Shown here: piece after piece, positions 10,428-20,009 of the stretch
Numbering within the stretch: the first letter of the stretch is position 1
Layout: every line of letters begins with the position of its first letter
From: an uncultured virus (IMG/VR IMGVR_UViG_3300028734_000015)
Taxonomy: Duplodnaviria; Heunggongvirae; Uroviricota; Caudoviricetes
DNA: 31,512 nucleotides
Strand: one strand, 5' to 3'
Virus record (IMG/VR): IMGVR_UViG_3300028734_000015
Position numbers and translations under genes: made by a program
The notes under the pieces: model-generated
Told to the model about the DNA's origin: nothing
Database searches by the model: none
What the model saw: the letters and a program-made list of their open reading frames with translations, nothing else

Positions 10428-11644
10428 GACAACTTCTTTTCTAGCATGATTAATAATTCCTCGGATTCTTTTGAAGCATTGCTTGCGAAAGAATCTTTTG
10501 ATTTAGATGTTACCAATTTGATAATCTCTAAATTTCTTTGAGTGTCAATAAATGAATCGTAATCATTAATTTGTTCGTCTCGTATTGACTTTTTCGTAGC
10601 TACGATTTCGTTAAATAATGATCTGTATACATTTATTCCCGTCTTTGTTTTTAGGTAATTGATAACTGGAGTCATCAAATTGTTTGTAATCTTTTCTGAA
10701 TAAGTCTTCGTCTTGATTACTTCCAGGTTTTTGATGTATTTTGACATCTCAAGAATCTTTCTTGGTGAAAGATCTTTCATTTCTGCAATTGTATCAACCA
10801 TTGCAGCTAATTTATCTTCTCCAAAGTCCGGGTAGCGATTCAAAATCAAACTTGCTGAATTCAGTTTGTCAATTTTGTATTGGAATGGATAAGATACTGC
10901 AAATCTTTGAGTTAATGCCTCTGTTGAGTCATCTTCAATTACTTCTTCATACGTCTTGTTTGTCAATCCGATAATTATTTTTGTCTTAATCGGGAAACGC
11001 TGATTGCCATTTCTGATCTCTTTAGATGTCAAAGTATCCTTTAGTGCGGCCAACACTTGCGGATTTGCATCAAAGATTTCTTCAAAGATCACGATTTCTT
11101 TATTTGCGAACGAATTTTCGCAATTGTATTCGATTGAGCCGGTATCGGTCATCTTTTTAATATTTATGCCACCGAATAAATCTTCTACTGTTGTAGCTTC
11201 TGAAAGTGATTTAATAAATACACGATCTTTTAATTCTGCACAAGAAAATAATTCGTCACAAACTTCTGATTTACCAAATCCGCCTTTACCGTATAATATG
11301 AGATTCATATTATTTGCCAATGCATTTTTGATAACCTGAGAAGGTCCTGACATGTTAATAAATTTCTTGCTGATAATTTCGTAAATCTTATCAGAGTTTT
11401 TATATTCCTCTAATAAAATATCTCCAAACTCAGCAATTATGCTTTTCTTCACTTTACGGAATTTTCGTCCGTCAATTTCTTCGTCAATCCAGGCTCCTTC
11501 TGATATATATGCGCTGTCGTTCTGAATAACGAAATCAAATGTTTCTTTATCGATTACGATAAATTTACTCGTCTTGATTCCGAAATGTTTTTCAGTCTCC
11601 ATTGGACTAATCAGATAATTTTCACTGTTTGTTTTTATATTCAT
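10424..11644 (-). CDS. MoxR/RavA-like AAA+ ATPase
   Basis: Walker A GKGGFGKS, EDLFGG, Walker B IVIFEEIF, sensor LTN, and EALTQRF arginine finger. Confidence 0.85.
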   Translation of the reverse strand: MNIKTNSENYLISPMETEKHFGIKTSKFIVIDKETFDFVIQNDSAYISEGAWIDEEIDGRKFRKVKKSIIAEFGDILLEEYKNSDKIYEIISKKFINMSGPSQVIKNALANNMNLILYGKGGFGKSEVCDELFSCAELKDRVFIKSLSEATTVEDLFGGINIKKMTDTGSIEYNCENSFANKEIVIFEEIFDANPQVLAALKDTLTSKEIRNGNQRFPIKTKIIIGLTNKTYEEVIEDDSTEALTQRFAVSYPFQYKIDKLNSASLILNRYPDFGEDKLAAMVDTIAEMKDLSPRKILEMSKYIKNLEVIKTKTYSEKITNNLMTPVINYLKTKTGINVYRSLFNEIVATKKSIRDEQINDYDSFIDTQRNLEIIKLVTSKSKDSFASNASKESEELLIMLEKKLS

Positions 11645-11735
11645 TTTGATATGTTTTGTTTTTGATTAACAGGGTAACTCCTTCTGCTAATGACGTTAAT
11701 AATAGTGATAGCTATTTGAACTTATGTTCAATTTG

Positions 11736-11859
11736 TTGCCTAGGTGGGAATCGAACCCATGTCACAACCTAATAATGAATCGTTGACTGACTTCACTGTA
11801 GTGAGAATATGTTTCCCTCTTATTATTAAGTTTGTTCTGCCTGCTGAACTTCCTAGGCA
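11736..11859 (-). ncRNA. tRNA-like RNA with an 8/4 acceptor/T helix and an enlarged anticodon arm
   Basis: TGCCTAGG/CCTAGGCA acceptor; D-arm GTTC-AGCAGGCA-GAAC; T-arm TGGG-TTCGATT-CCCA; 11-bp stem plus 45-nt insert in place of the anticodon loop. Confidence 0.7.
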
Positions 11860-11863
11860 TCCT

Positions 11864-12841
11864 TTAATTAACCATTGAGTCAAAGATCTGTAATGCTTTT
11901 GCATATCCCAGTCCTTTAACTAAATCGCTAACGTCTTTTGTTTTATATTTTTTGTTTATAAAGATTGCATTTATATTATATGTTTTGGATATTTTCCTTG
12001 CATATTCCACACCGGCTTTGTCTCTGTCATAAAAAATAAGTATTCTTTTGAACCTCTTTTTTAGGTTATTCATTACGATTTCTGGGATTGTAATGCTCTC
12101 ACTCGAAGGAGCTACTGCGTCATATCCCATTTCACTTAATACCATAACATCCTTTAACGATTTAGTTATTATGAGCAATTCTCCATTTTCTGGTAGCTGC
12201 TCAAACCCCTGTATGTCCAGGGCGTTTAAATTCCCTCTCCATTTAATCGTTTTAGGCCCAAGAGGATTATATATTTTAAATTTATTAAACACTTTGTAAC
12301 AATACAAAGGGCTTTCTGTCTTGTATACTCCTTTTACTATCCCATTTATCACAAACTTAGAAATTGCACTAACTTTGTATATCCTAAGAGTTTCTTTAGA
12401 TATTCCAAAGCTATTCCAAAATTTAATGTCAGTAAGATTTAGTGGCTTTCTGACTACGTTTATAATTGTGTCCTTAATTAATCTTCGTTTGTTTTCTGAT
12501 GATAACATTACTTTTAAGTTGCCTATATTCATGTCATCTGAAATTGTCTTCAAAGTCTCTTCGTACGTTTGCAGCTTTTTAAGTTGTTTAACAAATTTAA
12601 ATACGTTTCCACAATCATCGCTTGCTAGGTCTTTGTACAATAGATCTCCCGTTTTTCTACTCACAAAAACTCCAAATGAGGGATTCTTGTCTTCTCTTAG
12701 TGGACTATTGTAAATGTAGCCTATTTTAAAATCACCAATATATTTTGAAAAAATATCATATTCTGTTACTTTTTCTAGTATACTTTCCATGGTTAATTTT
12801 GGTTTTGCGACTCTATCTAGGACAGTATTTGTACTATACAT
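11864..12841 (-). CDS. DnaG-like DNA primase (TOPRIM)
   Basis: N-terminal SPLREDKNPSF (ZBD-like); TOPRIM motifs LIITKSLKDVM and FYDRDKAG. Confidence 0.85.
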   Translation of the reverse strand: MYSTNTVLDRVAKPKLTMESILEKVTEYDIFSKYIGDFKIGYIYNSPLREDKNPSFGVFVSRKTGDLLYKDLASDDCGNVFKFVKQLKKLQTYEETLKTISDDMNIGNLKVMLSSENKRRLIKDTIINVVRKPLNLTDIKFWNSFGISKETLRIYKVSAISKFVINGIVKGVYKTESPLYCYKVFNKFKIYNPLGPKTIKWRGNLNALDIQGFEQLPENGELLIITKSLKDVMVLSEMGYDAVAPSSESITIPEIVMNNLKKRFKRILIFYDRDKAGVEYARKISKTYNINAIFINKKYKTKDVSDLVKGLGYAKALQIFDSMVN

Positions 12842-12858
12842 ATAATTTGCATTACGAC

Positions 12859-13464
12859 TTAGAAAGGCAACGTAGATGCTTTTGCAGCTACTACTGGAGT
12901 TCCGAATGTTGTTGTGGCAGAGTCTGTTGGGACCTCTTTGTCTCCTATTTCTGGTCGTGTAAATACATCAATATTCAAAGGTTTGATTTTCGATTTATCA
13001 GCCGGAATATCCATGCTTTCAATAAATGTGTATTTGGCATATTTGGGTAATGATGTGTACCCTGTTGCTCCGTAAATAACTTTTACTCTTAGTAATTTGG
13101 CTTTGTCTACTGCATCCATCAGGGATTTAACCCATGAATACAATTCGTCGAATTCACTAAAAGTATAATTTTGTAATGTTTCTTTTTCGTAGAAAGCACC
13201 CATAATTTGCAATATTCTTGCAACTTGGTTGTTTGCTTTTGTGGCAAACTCATCATCTGTGTCTTCTGTTCTTTTATTTGGTTCCCATTCTGTATGGGTT
13301 AACTTTGCTCCGTTTTTTACAAATTCGAACTCAAGGAATAAATTACCCCCTGTTGAGCGTTCTTTTCTTACGTTAACAAAACTTACATTTTCGTGAATAC
13401 CTCCTTCCAAGAAGGCAATGTCTTTTTTCTCAACGTTATAAGCGTTCTGTGTACTGAATATCAT
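12859..13464 (-). CDS. Putative single-stranded DNA-binding protein
   Basis: Beta-rich, ends in ...STLPF (SSB-like PF tail), located between the primase and the ATPase. Confidence 0.55.
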   Translation of the reverse strand: MIFSTQNAYNVEKKDIAFLEGGIHENVSFVNVRKERSTGGNLFLEFEFVKNGAKLTHTEWEPNKRTEDTDDEFATKANNQVARILQIMGAFYEKETLQNYTFSEFDELYSWVKSLMDAVDKAKLLRVKVIYGATGYTSLPKYAKYTFIESMDIPADKSKIKPLNIDVFTRPEIGDKEVPTDSATTTFGTPVVAAKASTLPF

Positions 13465-13479
13465 AATTGTATCTTTCTA

Positions 13480-14226
13480 TTAATCATTAGTTGGCAAATA
13501 TACTTTATCCCAATAGGTTGTAATAACATTATCCTTGTCAGAATCTGCTATTACTATTTTCTTTCCTCTTAGGTGCGGTGCTCTTGCTTCTCTAACTGAA
13601 TTTACTCCTCCTTCAAATGAAATTATAGTCTCATTTGTTTTTCTATATACATACCCCACTGCGTCTGCTTCTCCGCAAACTATATCTCCAAGCTTTCCAA
13701 CCAAATCTATTTGCATCTCAGATAATTCTTGCCCCTCTTTAGTTATTAGACTATCTTTTGTATGCCCTATCAGAATAAAATGGTCTGTTAGGCTTCTAAA
13801 GTTGTCTATTACTGTTTTCACAGCTTCTCTTAAGTACAAATATCCTGCTCCTTTATCCAATGTTCTCACATCAGTTCCAGTCCAGTTTTTTGCTATTGGG
13901 TTTTGTCTATATAGACTAGCGGCATATGGTAAACACATGTCCTCTAATCTTGTAGCATTATCTATTGCAATGTAATTATATGGTTTTGTCCCTGTTTCTG
14001 CAATTTTTGCTTTTATTGCTGTGGCTATTTCTCCAAGATCTGCTACACTTCTGGCTTGAACGGCCATTGCTTCTAAAAATTCAGATCCACCTTCTAAATC
14101 TACGATTAAGCAGTTTTCTAAAGTGGACAATAATGTTGTTTTTCCAGTTTTTGGCTTTCCAAACAAGACTAAGAATCTTGGATTTAATATTTTTGGTATG
14201 TTCTTTATTGTTGGTAGTATAACCAT
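13480..14226 (-). CDS. AAA_24/Sak4-like P-loop ATPase (recombination-associated)
   Basis: Walker A GKPKTGKTT, VDLEGG, IAIDN, LIGH and ADAVGY motifs. Confidence 0.8.
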   Translation of the reverse strand: MVILPTIKNIPKILNPRFLVLFGKPKTGKTTLLSTLENCLIVDLEGGSEFLEAMAVQARSVADLGEIATAIKAKIAETGTKPYNYIAIDNATRLEDMCLPYAASLYRQNPIAKNWTGTDVRTLDKGAGYLYLREAVKTVIDNFRSLTDHFILIGHTKDSLITKEGQELSEMQIDLVGKLGDIVCGEADAVGYVYRKTNETIISFEGGVNSVREARAPHLRGKKIVIADSDKDNVITTYWDKVYLPTND

Positions 14227-14320
14227 TTTACTGTTTCTTTGTTAAAGTAACAGATGGTTTTTTATTTGATAGAATTGATATGTTTTGATAAGTATTTGTT
14301 TTTCCATCTGCATGTTTGGG

Positions 14321-14872
14321 TTATGCAAATATGTTTTCGATAGTAATAGTATATTCAGTTACGTACTGAGGCTTTCTAATACTATAGAATGTTGGGTATT
14401 TAATTGCCTTTGGGACGATTGTGTAACCAACTTTTGTACAAGAAGCAAATTCTTCTACATCGGTGATATTTCCACAAAGTGGGCAGCTTGAATGTGACGA
14501 GTAAATATCAAATTCCTTTTTGGCCGGTTTGTGATTTTGGGCAAATAAAGCCAGGTGTTTTAGTGCGCCTGAAGTTTCTGTCATTAAATCGTAATTTGGC
14601 ATGTTGTGACCATCTTTCAAATAGTCTAAATCTTCAATCCAATTTACATCGTGTGTTTTACTAGTACCAAAAGTCAAATGGCTTCCTGCTGGAGCGTAAT
14701 CAACACCTTTAATATCTCTTCCAAGAATATTTTTAAATGGTGTATCAATTCCGGCTACTGTTAACCATGGGCAAGCTGCAATTACTGTTTCTACAAATGC
14801 TGTTTTTTTCAAACCGAATTTGTCTTGCTTGTTTGTTGGTAATGTTACTGTAAAATTATATCGATTATTCAT
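14321..14872 (-). CDS. Hypothetical protein with a CxxC motif
   Basis: 183-aa ORF in the replication operon; SCPLCG. Confidence 0.75.
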   Translation of the reverse strand: MNNRYNFTVTLPTNKQDKFGLKKTAFVETVIAACPWLTVAGIDTPFKNILGRDIKGVDYAPAGSHLTFGTSKTHDVNWIEDLDYLKDGHNMPNYDLMTETSGALKHLALFAQNHKPAKKEFDIYSSHSSCPLCGNITDVEEFASCTKVGYTIVPKAIKYPTFYSIRKPQYVTEYTITIENIFA

Positions 14873-14883
14873 CTTGTTTCTTT

Positions 14884-15870
14884 TTAAATTTTTATTTCTA
14901 ACTGTTGTTGGGGCCTTTCAGTTTCTTCTTCTTCCGGTTCTTTTAGATTGTTGTATTTCAAGTCGTTGATAAATTTCAATATCTTGAGATCTCCTTCTCT
15001 ATTTTTTAAAAAATGTAAGTATACACAATCTTTTACGGGAAGATTGTTGTAACCATAGGATAATAATCCTAGGACTTCAGGTCTGTGTATAACTATAACA
15101 TAATCCGAACCTTGAAAAACAGCGTCGCTTGATGATAAGTCGCTGCGCTGAGGGTAATGCAATGAACTATTGTTTAACCTTTCTGGTGATTCAATATTTC
15201 TATTCATTTGCGATATTTGTATGATAGAGGTTTTTCCAACTTTTTTAGCCCCTATTAATTCTTTTTCTAAATCCACAATAATTTCTCTTTCTCCGCCAGT
15301 ACCACTTCCTCTAATTAACAAGGTGTGATCTATAATGACTACTAGCCATTTCCCTTTAGCAAGAGTATCTTGAAAGAATTTTATCGTTGTTGCTATTTCT
15401 GCTACATTTCCTGGCGAATCTACATAATAAATTGGATAACTCATTATTGTTTTTGCCTCTTTCTGTATTCCCTCATACTCTTCGTCCGTTATTAAGCCTT
15501 TTTCTGAGGCGCTATATAACTCTGATGTAGTTTTCTTTAGCTTGTACGATAGTTTCCTACCTACTTGCCTGCTTGATAGCATTTCGAACGAGAATGATAG
15601 TATAACTATATTTTCGTGTGGATTTAAATCAATAAGATCAGTTTCTAATGTATTGACAAATGATGACTTTCCAGATCCAGATACGCCAGCTATGGCATAT
15701 ATTGCATTTGGTTCAATTCCGCCCATTGCTAGGCGGTTGAATTTAGGCCATCTTGTTGCTAAGGAGTTTACCTTCTTAGTTCTTCTGTCCTGGATGTAAC
15801 CAACTATTTCATTTGTTGCAGTTGATATATGTCTGTATCCTAGTACTTTACTACTCGATTGCTGTACCAT
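14884..15870 (-). CDS. dnaB: Replicative DnaB-like (SF4) helicase
   Basis: Walker A AGVSGSGKS, FSFEM, IIDH, ISQMNR, DLSSSDAVFQGSD and KNREG; start probably MVQQ (15870) or 15885. Confidence 0.85.
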   Translation of the reverse strand: MVQQSSSKVLGYRHISTATNEIVGYIQDRRTKKVNSLATRWPKFNRLAMGGIEPNAIYAIAGVSGSGKSSFVNTLETDLIDLNPHENIVILSFSFEMLSSRQVGRKLSYKLKKTTSELYSASEKGLITDEEYEGIQKEAKTIMSYPIYYVDSPGNVAEIATTIKFFQDTLAKGKWLVVIIDHTLLIRGSGTGGEREIIVDLEKELIGAKKVGKTSIIQISQMNRNIESPERLNNSSLHYPQRSDLSSSDAVFQGSDYVIVIHRPEVLGLLSYGYNNLPVKDCVYLHFLKNREGDLKILKFINDLKYNNLKEPEEEETERPQQQLEIKI

Positions 15871-16417
15871 AAACTTCTCCCGCATGTTTTTTAATCTTTT
15901 TATCTTTCATAAATTCATCATATAATAACCATTCTTCAGACAATAGCCATTTTGCCATTCTCTTCATATATCCCAATGAATTCCCTCTCTTTCGAGTTTC
16001 GATTTCGAATTTAAGGCAATCCATTAAATGGTCATGTTTTGTTTTACTGTTTCCCACTATTTTATCGTAATATTTTCTGCAACGAGATATATCTCCTCGT
16101 AGATAATCTTTTAATCCATCATTTCTCAACACGGATGCCGGGTATGTTTCAAAGAATTCAGTAAAATAGTCTTTTACTTTAATTTTAGTCTTAAAGTTTT
16201 CAGTAATAATTAGTTTTGAAAAATCCTTTTCGTCAAAGGTTGATTCTTTCGTTAGTATATCCTTGTCTATCAGATTATTAATATCATCTTCATCTAATGG
16301 GATTACATCCAAAAGGGGTCTGATAGGAGTTTTACTCATTAATAAGCTGATTAATATAATCTGATTTACTGTAATTCCAAGGCGCTTTGCCTCTTCTAAA
16401 TCTAGTTCTATCAGCAT
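15851..16417 (-). CDS. Putative replication initiator / replisome-organiser-like protein
   Basis: N-terminal wHTH-like segment, FTEFFETYP and MAKWL motifs; overlaps the helicase start. Confidence 0.55.
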   Translation of the reverse strand: MLIELDLEEAKRLGITVNQIILISLLMSKTPIRPLLDVIPLDEDDINNLIDKDILTKESTFDEKDFSKLIITENFKTKIKVKDYFTEFFETYPASVLRNDGLKDYLRGDISRCRKYYDKIVGNSKTKHDHLMDCLKFEIETRKRGNSLGYMKRMAKWLLSEEWLLYDEFMKDKKIKKHAGEVYGTAIE

Positions 16418-16469
16418 CGTTATTTACTTTTTAAGTTAAATGTGGTGTGATAAAGTTTGAGATATTCTG

Positions 16470-16994
16470 TTATTCTTTCATTAAAACATTTGTGAAAGCC
16501 TGCTCCATTTCTGGAGATAATTTCCCGTTGTGTTCTTTCATGAACTCAACTATCCTTATGATATGTTCTTTAGTCAAACTGCTAACCTTTCTTGTTATCG
16601 GCTCGTCTAATACTTTTTCATCTTTGTTGTACATTGAAGTCCAATATAAACATTCTTCTAGTGCAATTCCTTGTGACATTAAAATGTCTGGTTCTTCTGC
16701 GTGCCATATCATAATATCATTTGGCACTAATTGCATGTTTATAAGTACTTGACCTATTCGTTGGTCTGGATTTTCTTTCCAATATTCCGGAACAGTTGGT
16801 TTGATTGCATATGCAATTTTTTTATCGTAATAAATTTCTTTATCCAATTTCCATCTGTTGTATAACAGGTCATTCCAATCGACTTTCTTTAAAAAATCAT
16901 CTATTCTTTCAATTGGTCTCATTTTTTCTTTTTCTTTTATATTCATAAAAAATGAATTTCTCTTCTCTATTTCCACACAATAATATTTCTCCAA
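16470..16994 (-). CDS. Hypothetical phage protein
   Basis: Contains MRPIERID and WKENPDQRIGQVLIN; the true start may be the downstream M at ~16922. Confidence 0.7.
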   Translation of the reverse strand: MEKYYCVEIEKRNSFFMNIKEKEKMRPIERIDDFLKKVDWNDLLYNRWKLDKEIYYDKKIAYAIKPTVPEYWKENPDQRIGQVLINMQLVPNDIMIWHAEEPDILMSQGIALEECLYWTSMYNKDEKVLDEPITRKVSSLTKEHIIRIVEFMKEHNGKLSPEMEQAFTNVLMKE

Positions 16995-17139
16995 GCGGGC
17001 AATTTATTCTTGTTTCTAATATTTTAATTTCGTCTGTTAATATTCTTTCGAGTATTTTGGATTTATTAAAATTAGCATATGATAATAGATAGTTTTTATA
17101 ATTTATTTTTTGATGAATTGTTAGTTCTGAATATTTCAT
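16909..17139 (-). CDS. Small hypothetical protein
   Basis: 76-aa ORF with an AT-rich leader, overlapping the next gene's start. Confidence 0.55.
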   Translation of the reverse strand: MKYSELTIHQKINYKNYLLSYANFNKSKILERILTDEIKILETRINCPLGEILLCGNREEKFIFYEYKRKRKNETN

Positions 17140-17156
17140 GATATTCTTAGTTAATG

Positions 17157-17358
17157 TGGTGACAGATAATTTGGAGTTACAAACTTGTAGGCGCTTCGTG
17201 GGCGCCTCGTTGTCTGATTTTACGCTTGACTGTCCAGCTAATTATAATAATTTGATTACGAGTCTCTGTATTATAATTGTATGCTGTAACGCAACACCAG
17301 TCTTTAGACCCTTATGAAGCTAACGAACTCTATTTGCTCTTTTTTTAAATTATCTGTC
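17157..17358 (-). ncRNA. Candidate ~200-nt structured RNA closed by a 12-bp stem ending in ACCA
   Basis: GACAGATAATTT / AAATTATCTGTC-ACCA; internal helices AATTATAATA/TATTATAATT, AGGCGC/GCGCCT, GAGTT/AACTC and GACTG/CAGTC. Confidence 0.55.
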
Positions 17359-17363
17359 TTTTG

Positions 17364-17425
17364 TTAAAGCTTGGGAATTGAACCCAATTATACTTATTCT
17401 AGTATATATTACCATTACTTCTTTG
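17364..17425 (-). pseudogene. Degenerate tRNA-like element
   Basis: Perfect T-arm TTGGG-TTCAATT-CCCAA, hairpin TATACT-AGAATA-AGTATA and D-loop-like GTAATGGTA; acceptor stem is poor. Confidence 0.45.
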
Positions 17426-17432
17426 TTTGTTT

Positions 17433-17894
17433 TTATGCTGCATCGTTAATTTCGCTCATTTCATTGAATTTCAATAAATATGCTTCTAATGCAATCTTTT
17501 CTGCATTTAGTTTTTCAATTTCTGTATCAATAAATTTGCGTGTGAATGCAATTTTTTCTGTTTCCTCTTTCTTCGTTGGGATCATTGCCAGTTTTACTGC
17601 TCTTTCTTTGATCTGTTGCAATAAAAAGATTGAGTAAAACGCATTATTTTTAGGAATATCCTTCAAATCTGTTATTCCGAAATTGGTCGCTTGAAGTTTT
17701 ATTTTTGTTTCGATTAATTCGATTTCATTTTTTTTGATTTGTTCGTAGATTGCTTCTAAGTTATATAGAGGCATTAGTCCTATTGGGAACACGTTATTGT
17801 TTATAATAAGGTTCCATGAGGCTTTGATTTCTGCGATTAATATTTCTCGTTTTGCGATTAATATTTCAGGTGTAATTTTAGTAGGTGCTGTCAT
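17433..17894 (-). CDS. Hypothetical helical protein
   Basis: 153-aa ORF with an AT-rich leader. Confidence 0.75.
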   Translation of the reverse strand: MTAPTKITPEILIAKREILIAEIKASWNLIINNNVFPIGLMPLYNLEAIYEQIKKNEIELIETKIKLQATNFGITDLKDIPKNNAFYSIFLLQQIKERAVKLAMIPTKKEETEKIAFTRKFIDTEIEKLNAEKIALEAYLLKFNEMSEINDAA

Positions 17895-18201
17895 TTTGAT
17901 AATTATTTAGTTTTGATTATTACTAATTGTTTATTTTTTTGACTTGAAGCAACCTCCCCGTGTTGAATAATAGGTTTCATCCTACCTATTCAATTGAAAG
18001 GACAAAGCAGCACCTTCCGTTTAAGGTTAGTGCTGCGTTATATTTTCTTTCTAATATTCTAAGCCATAATAAATATTGTTTTTTATATATTGAAATCATA
18101 CTTGATGTAATTATCCATTGGAGTTACCCGGATGCATACAGTTTGAATTTTCAGGGGTTAACCATCAATAAGTTACAATATCTATTATTTAAATTAAAAT
18201 A

Positions 18202-18720
18202 TTATCTTCTGTCTTTTATGACAATTCTTGTTCCTTTGCTATTTAATAGATCGCAGATGTTTTCATTTAGTTCTTTTGCGCTAGGTCCACTTCTGAAAAT
18301 AGTTTCATGAGGCGAAAGCATTCTTTGTCTTGTGTCAATTGTTACCTTTTGACCTATAATTTTTGCTTCCTCTATTTGAGGGTCTTCGTCTATTATATGA
18401 GCTGTATAGAGTTTTGCAATAACTACCGATCGATCATTGTTTCCAACCAATATATCAATAGAGCTCTCGCATGTAGTTGCTATGAAAGGGATTACTCCCT
18501 TTGCATCCATAATTCCTTTAGCAATCACATTTACCACTTCTAGGAAGTCGTAATGATCTTCTGAGTTCCGTTTAAAGACTCTTTCCCACCATGATTTAAT
18601 TACTAAAGATACCTCACCTTTTCCGTTTATTGAAAAACGCTCAGATGGTTTCATGTAGGTATTAACTAATTCAGACAAACGCTGTAAGTCAATATCTGTC
18701 AGACTTGTCTTTTTATCCAT
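18202..18720 (-). CDS. Hypothetical protein
   Basis: 172-aa ORF on the operon strand. Confidence 0.75.
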   Translation of the reverse strand: MDKKTSLTDIDLQRLSELVNTYMKPSERFSINGKGEVSLVIKSWWERVFKRNSEDHYDFLEVVNVIAKGIMDAKGVIPFIATTCESSIDILVGNNDRSVVIAKLYTAHIIDEDPQIEEAKIIGQKVTIDTRQRMLSPHETIFRSGPSAKELNENICDLLNSKGTRIVIKDRR

Positions 18721-18755
18721 ATTGAATATGAATTAAGAGTTCTTGCGAACCCGGA

Positions 18756-19223
18756 TTAGTCTTCTTCTTCTTCGTACAACGGCAAGGCGGCAATGTTTGC
18801 CTTGTTTGCGTCGGTTAAGCACTTGATCTGATTGTTCAGATCGTTACGAATTTCTGTTAAGCGGGCAATTTCGCTTTCGTTTGCTGCGTTAGCAATATTG
18901 ATTGCTTCTTCATAAGATGGGAAATATGCGTCTGGTTCTGTTTCGAAATCGAATTTACCTCCGTCTTCCACAAATTTGTAGTTACTTGGAAAAGCGACTT
19001 TGTTGTCACCTCCGTTTACTATGAGAATCTCTGCTCCACCTGGAGCATGTGTTAATTTCACTTCGTTAACAACGAGTGCTTTTGGCATGCAAATGATAGC
19101 GAGTTTTTCGATACGCAATTTTTTGTCTTTTGCTTTGTGATTTATATCTACTGGTTTTGACACTAAATTGAAGATTGTTGCGCCTGCGAAAAGCCGCTGA
19201 GCTACTTTTTTATTATTTTTCAT
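18756..19223 (-). CDS. Hypothetical protein with a coiled-coil/acidic C-terminus
   Basis: 155-aa ORF on the operon strand. Confidence 0.75.
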   Translation of the reverse strand: MKNNKKVAQRLFAGATIFNLVSKPVDINHKAKDKKLRIEKLAIICMPKALVVNEVKLTHAPGGAEILIVNGGDNKVAFPSNYKFVEDGGKFDFETEPDAYFPSYEEAINIANAANESEIARLTEIRNDLNNQIKCLTDANKANIAALPLYEEEED

Positions 19224-19775
19224 TTTTTCTTTTATGTGTTTTAATATTGATTATTTACTGTGTTTTGAAAACGCTAATTGGGTCTTACTGAGAGTTTAAT
19301 CTGTTCCGACCATGTAAAATAAATTTAATAGTGAAGAGTTACACTCTCTTCCTGGACCCATTACTCTCCAAAGAGTTGGGCATGTAATCCTTATGTCGAT
19401 ATGAGATATCTGTACCTCAGAGTGCTACAACATCGAATTTACGATTCTAATTGCGCTCGTTTTGTTTTAAATAAAAGCGGTTGGTGAATAATGGGCTACT
19501 CCATCTATTCCAGTTATATTTATCATGTGTCACTGTTCTACTTTCTGCGATTGGCCGCATAGGTTTAGTAAATATAATAGCCGTCAATATTTGATAATTT
19601 ATAATTAAAAAGCCATTCTTGTATCGAAGAAAGGCGAAGAACATATTTTGAAAGATTTCGTAACGGATCTTTTATTAGCTCCTATAACAAATGAGGTTAT
19701 GGTATTCTAAAATCCTGTATTGTATCAAGTCTTGAATCTTGAGTTACTAATGATATGGTTTGCTAATTTGTTTCT

Positions 19776-19988
19776 TTAAATCCTATTTAGTGACTGACCT
19801 TCTATATCTCCATAAGCAAGGGGTAAGTAATCATATTCTTGAGTACCTACTTTGTGTACAGTTTGGACCTGCTTGTTCTGGGGCCTTCTCCTATTAAGGA
19901 CTGATTCTTCTATGAGAACCAGGTTTCTAAACTTCGGATTTGGTATTGAAATGTTTATCTTATCGTCTTGTATCGAATGATTCTTCAT
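19776..19988 (-). CDS. Small hypothetical protein
   Basis: 70-aa ORF with the leader TTAAAAACCAGAAAATAAAGAA-ATG typical of this genome. Confidence 0.55.
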   Translation of the reverse strand: MKNHSIQDDKINISIPNPKFRNLVLIEESVLNRRRPQNKQVQTVHKVGTQEYDYLPLAYGDIEGQSLNRI

Positions 19989-20009
19989 TTCTTTATTTTC
20001 TGGTTTTTA

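Noticed and set aside
11736..11859. Intron-containing tRNA-Leu(UAA) or a mini-tmRNA
   Set aside because: No U33 or purine-37 context, the insert is too short for a group I intron, and it has a D-stem and no G3-U70.
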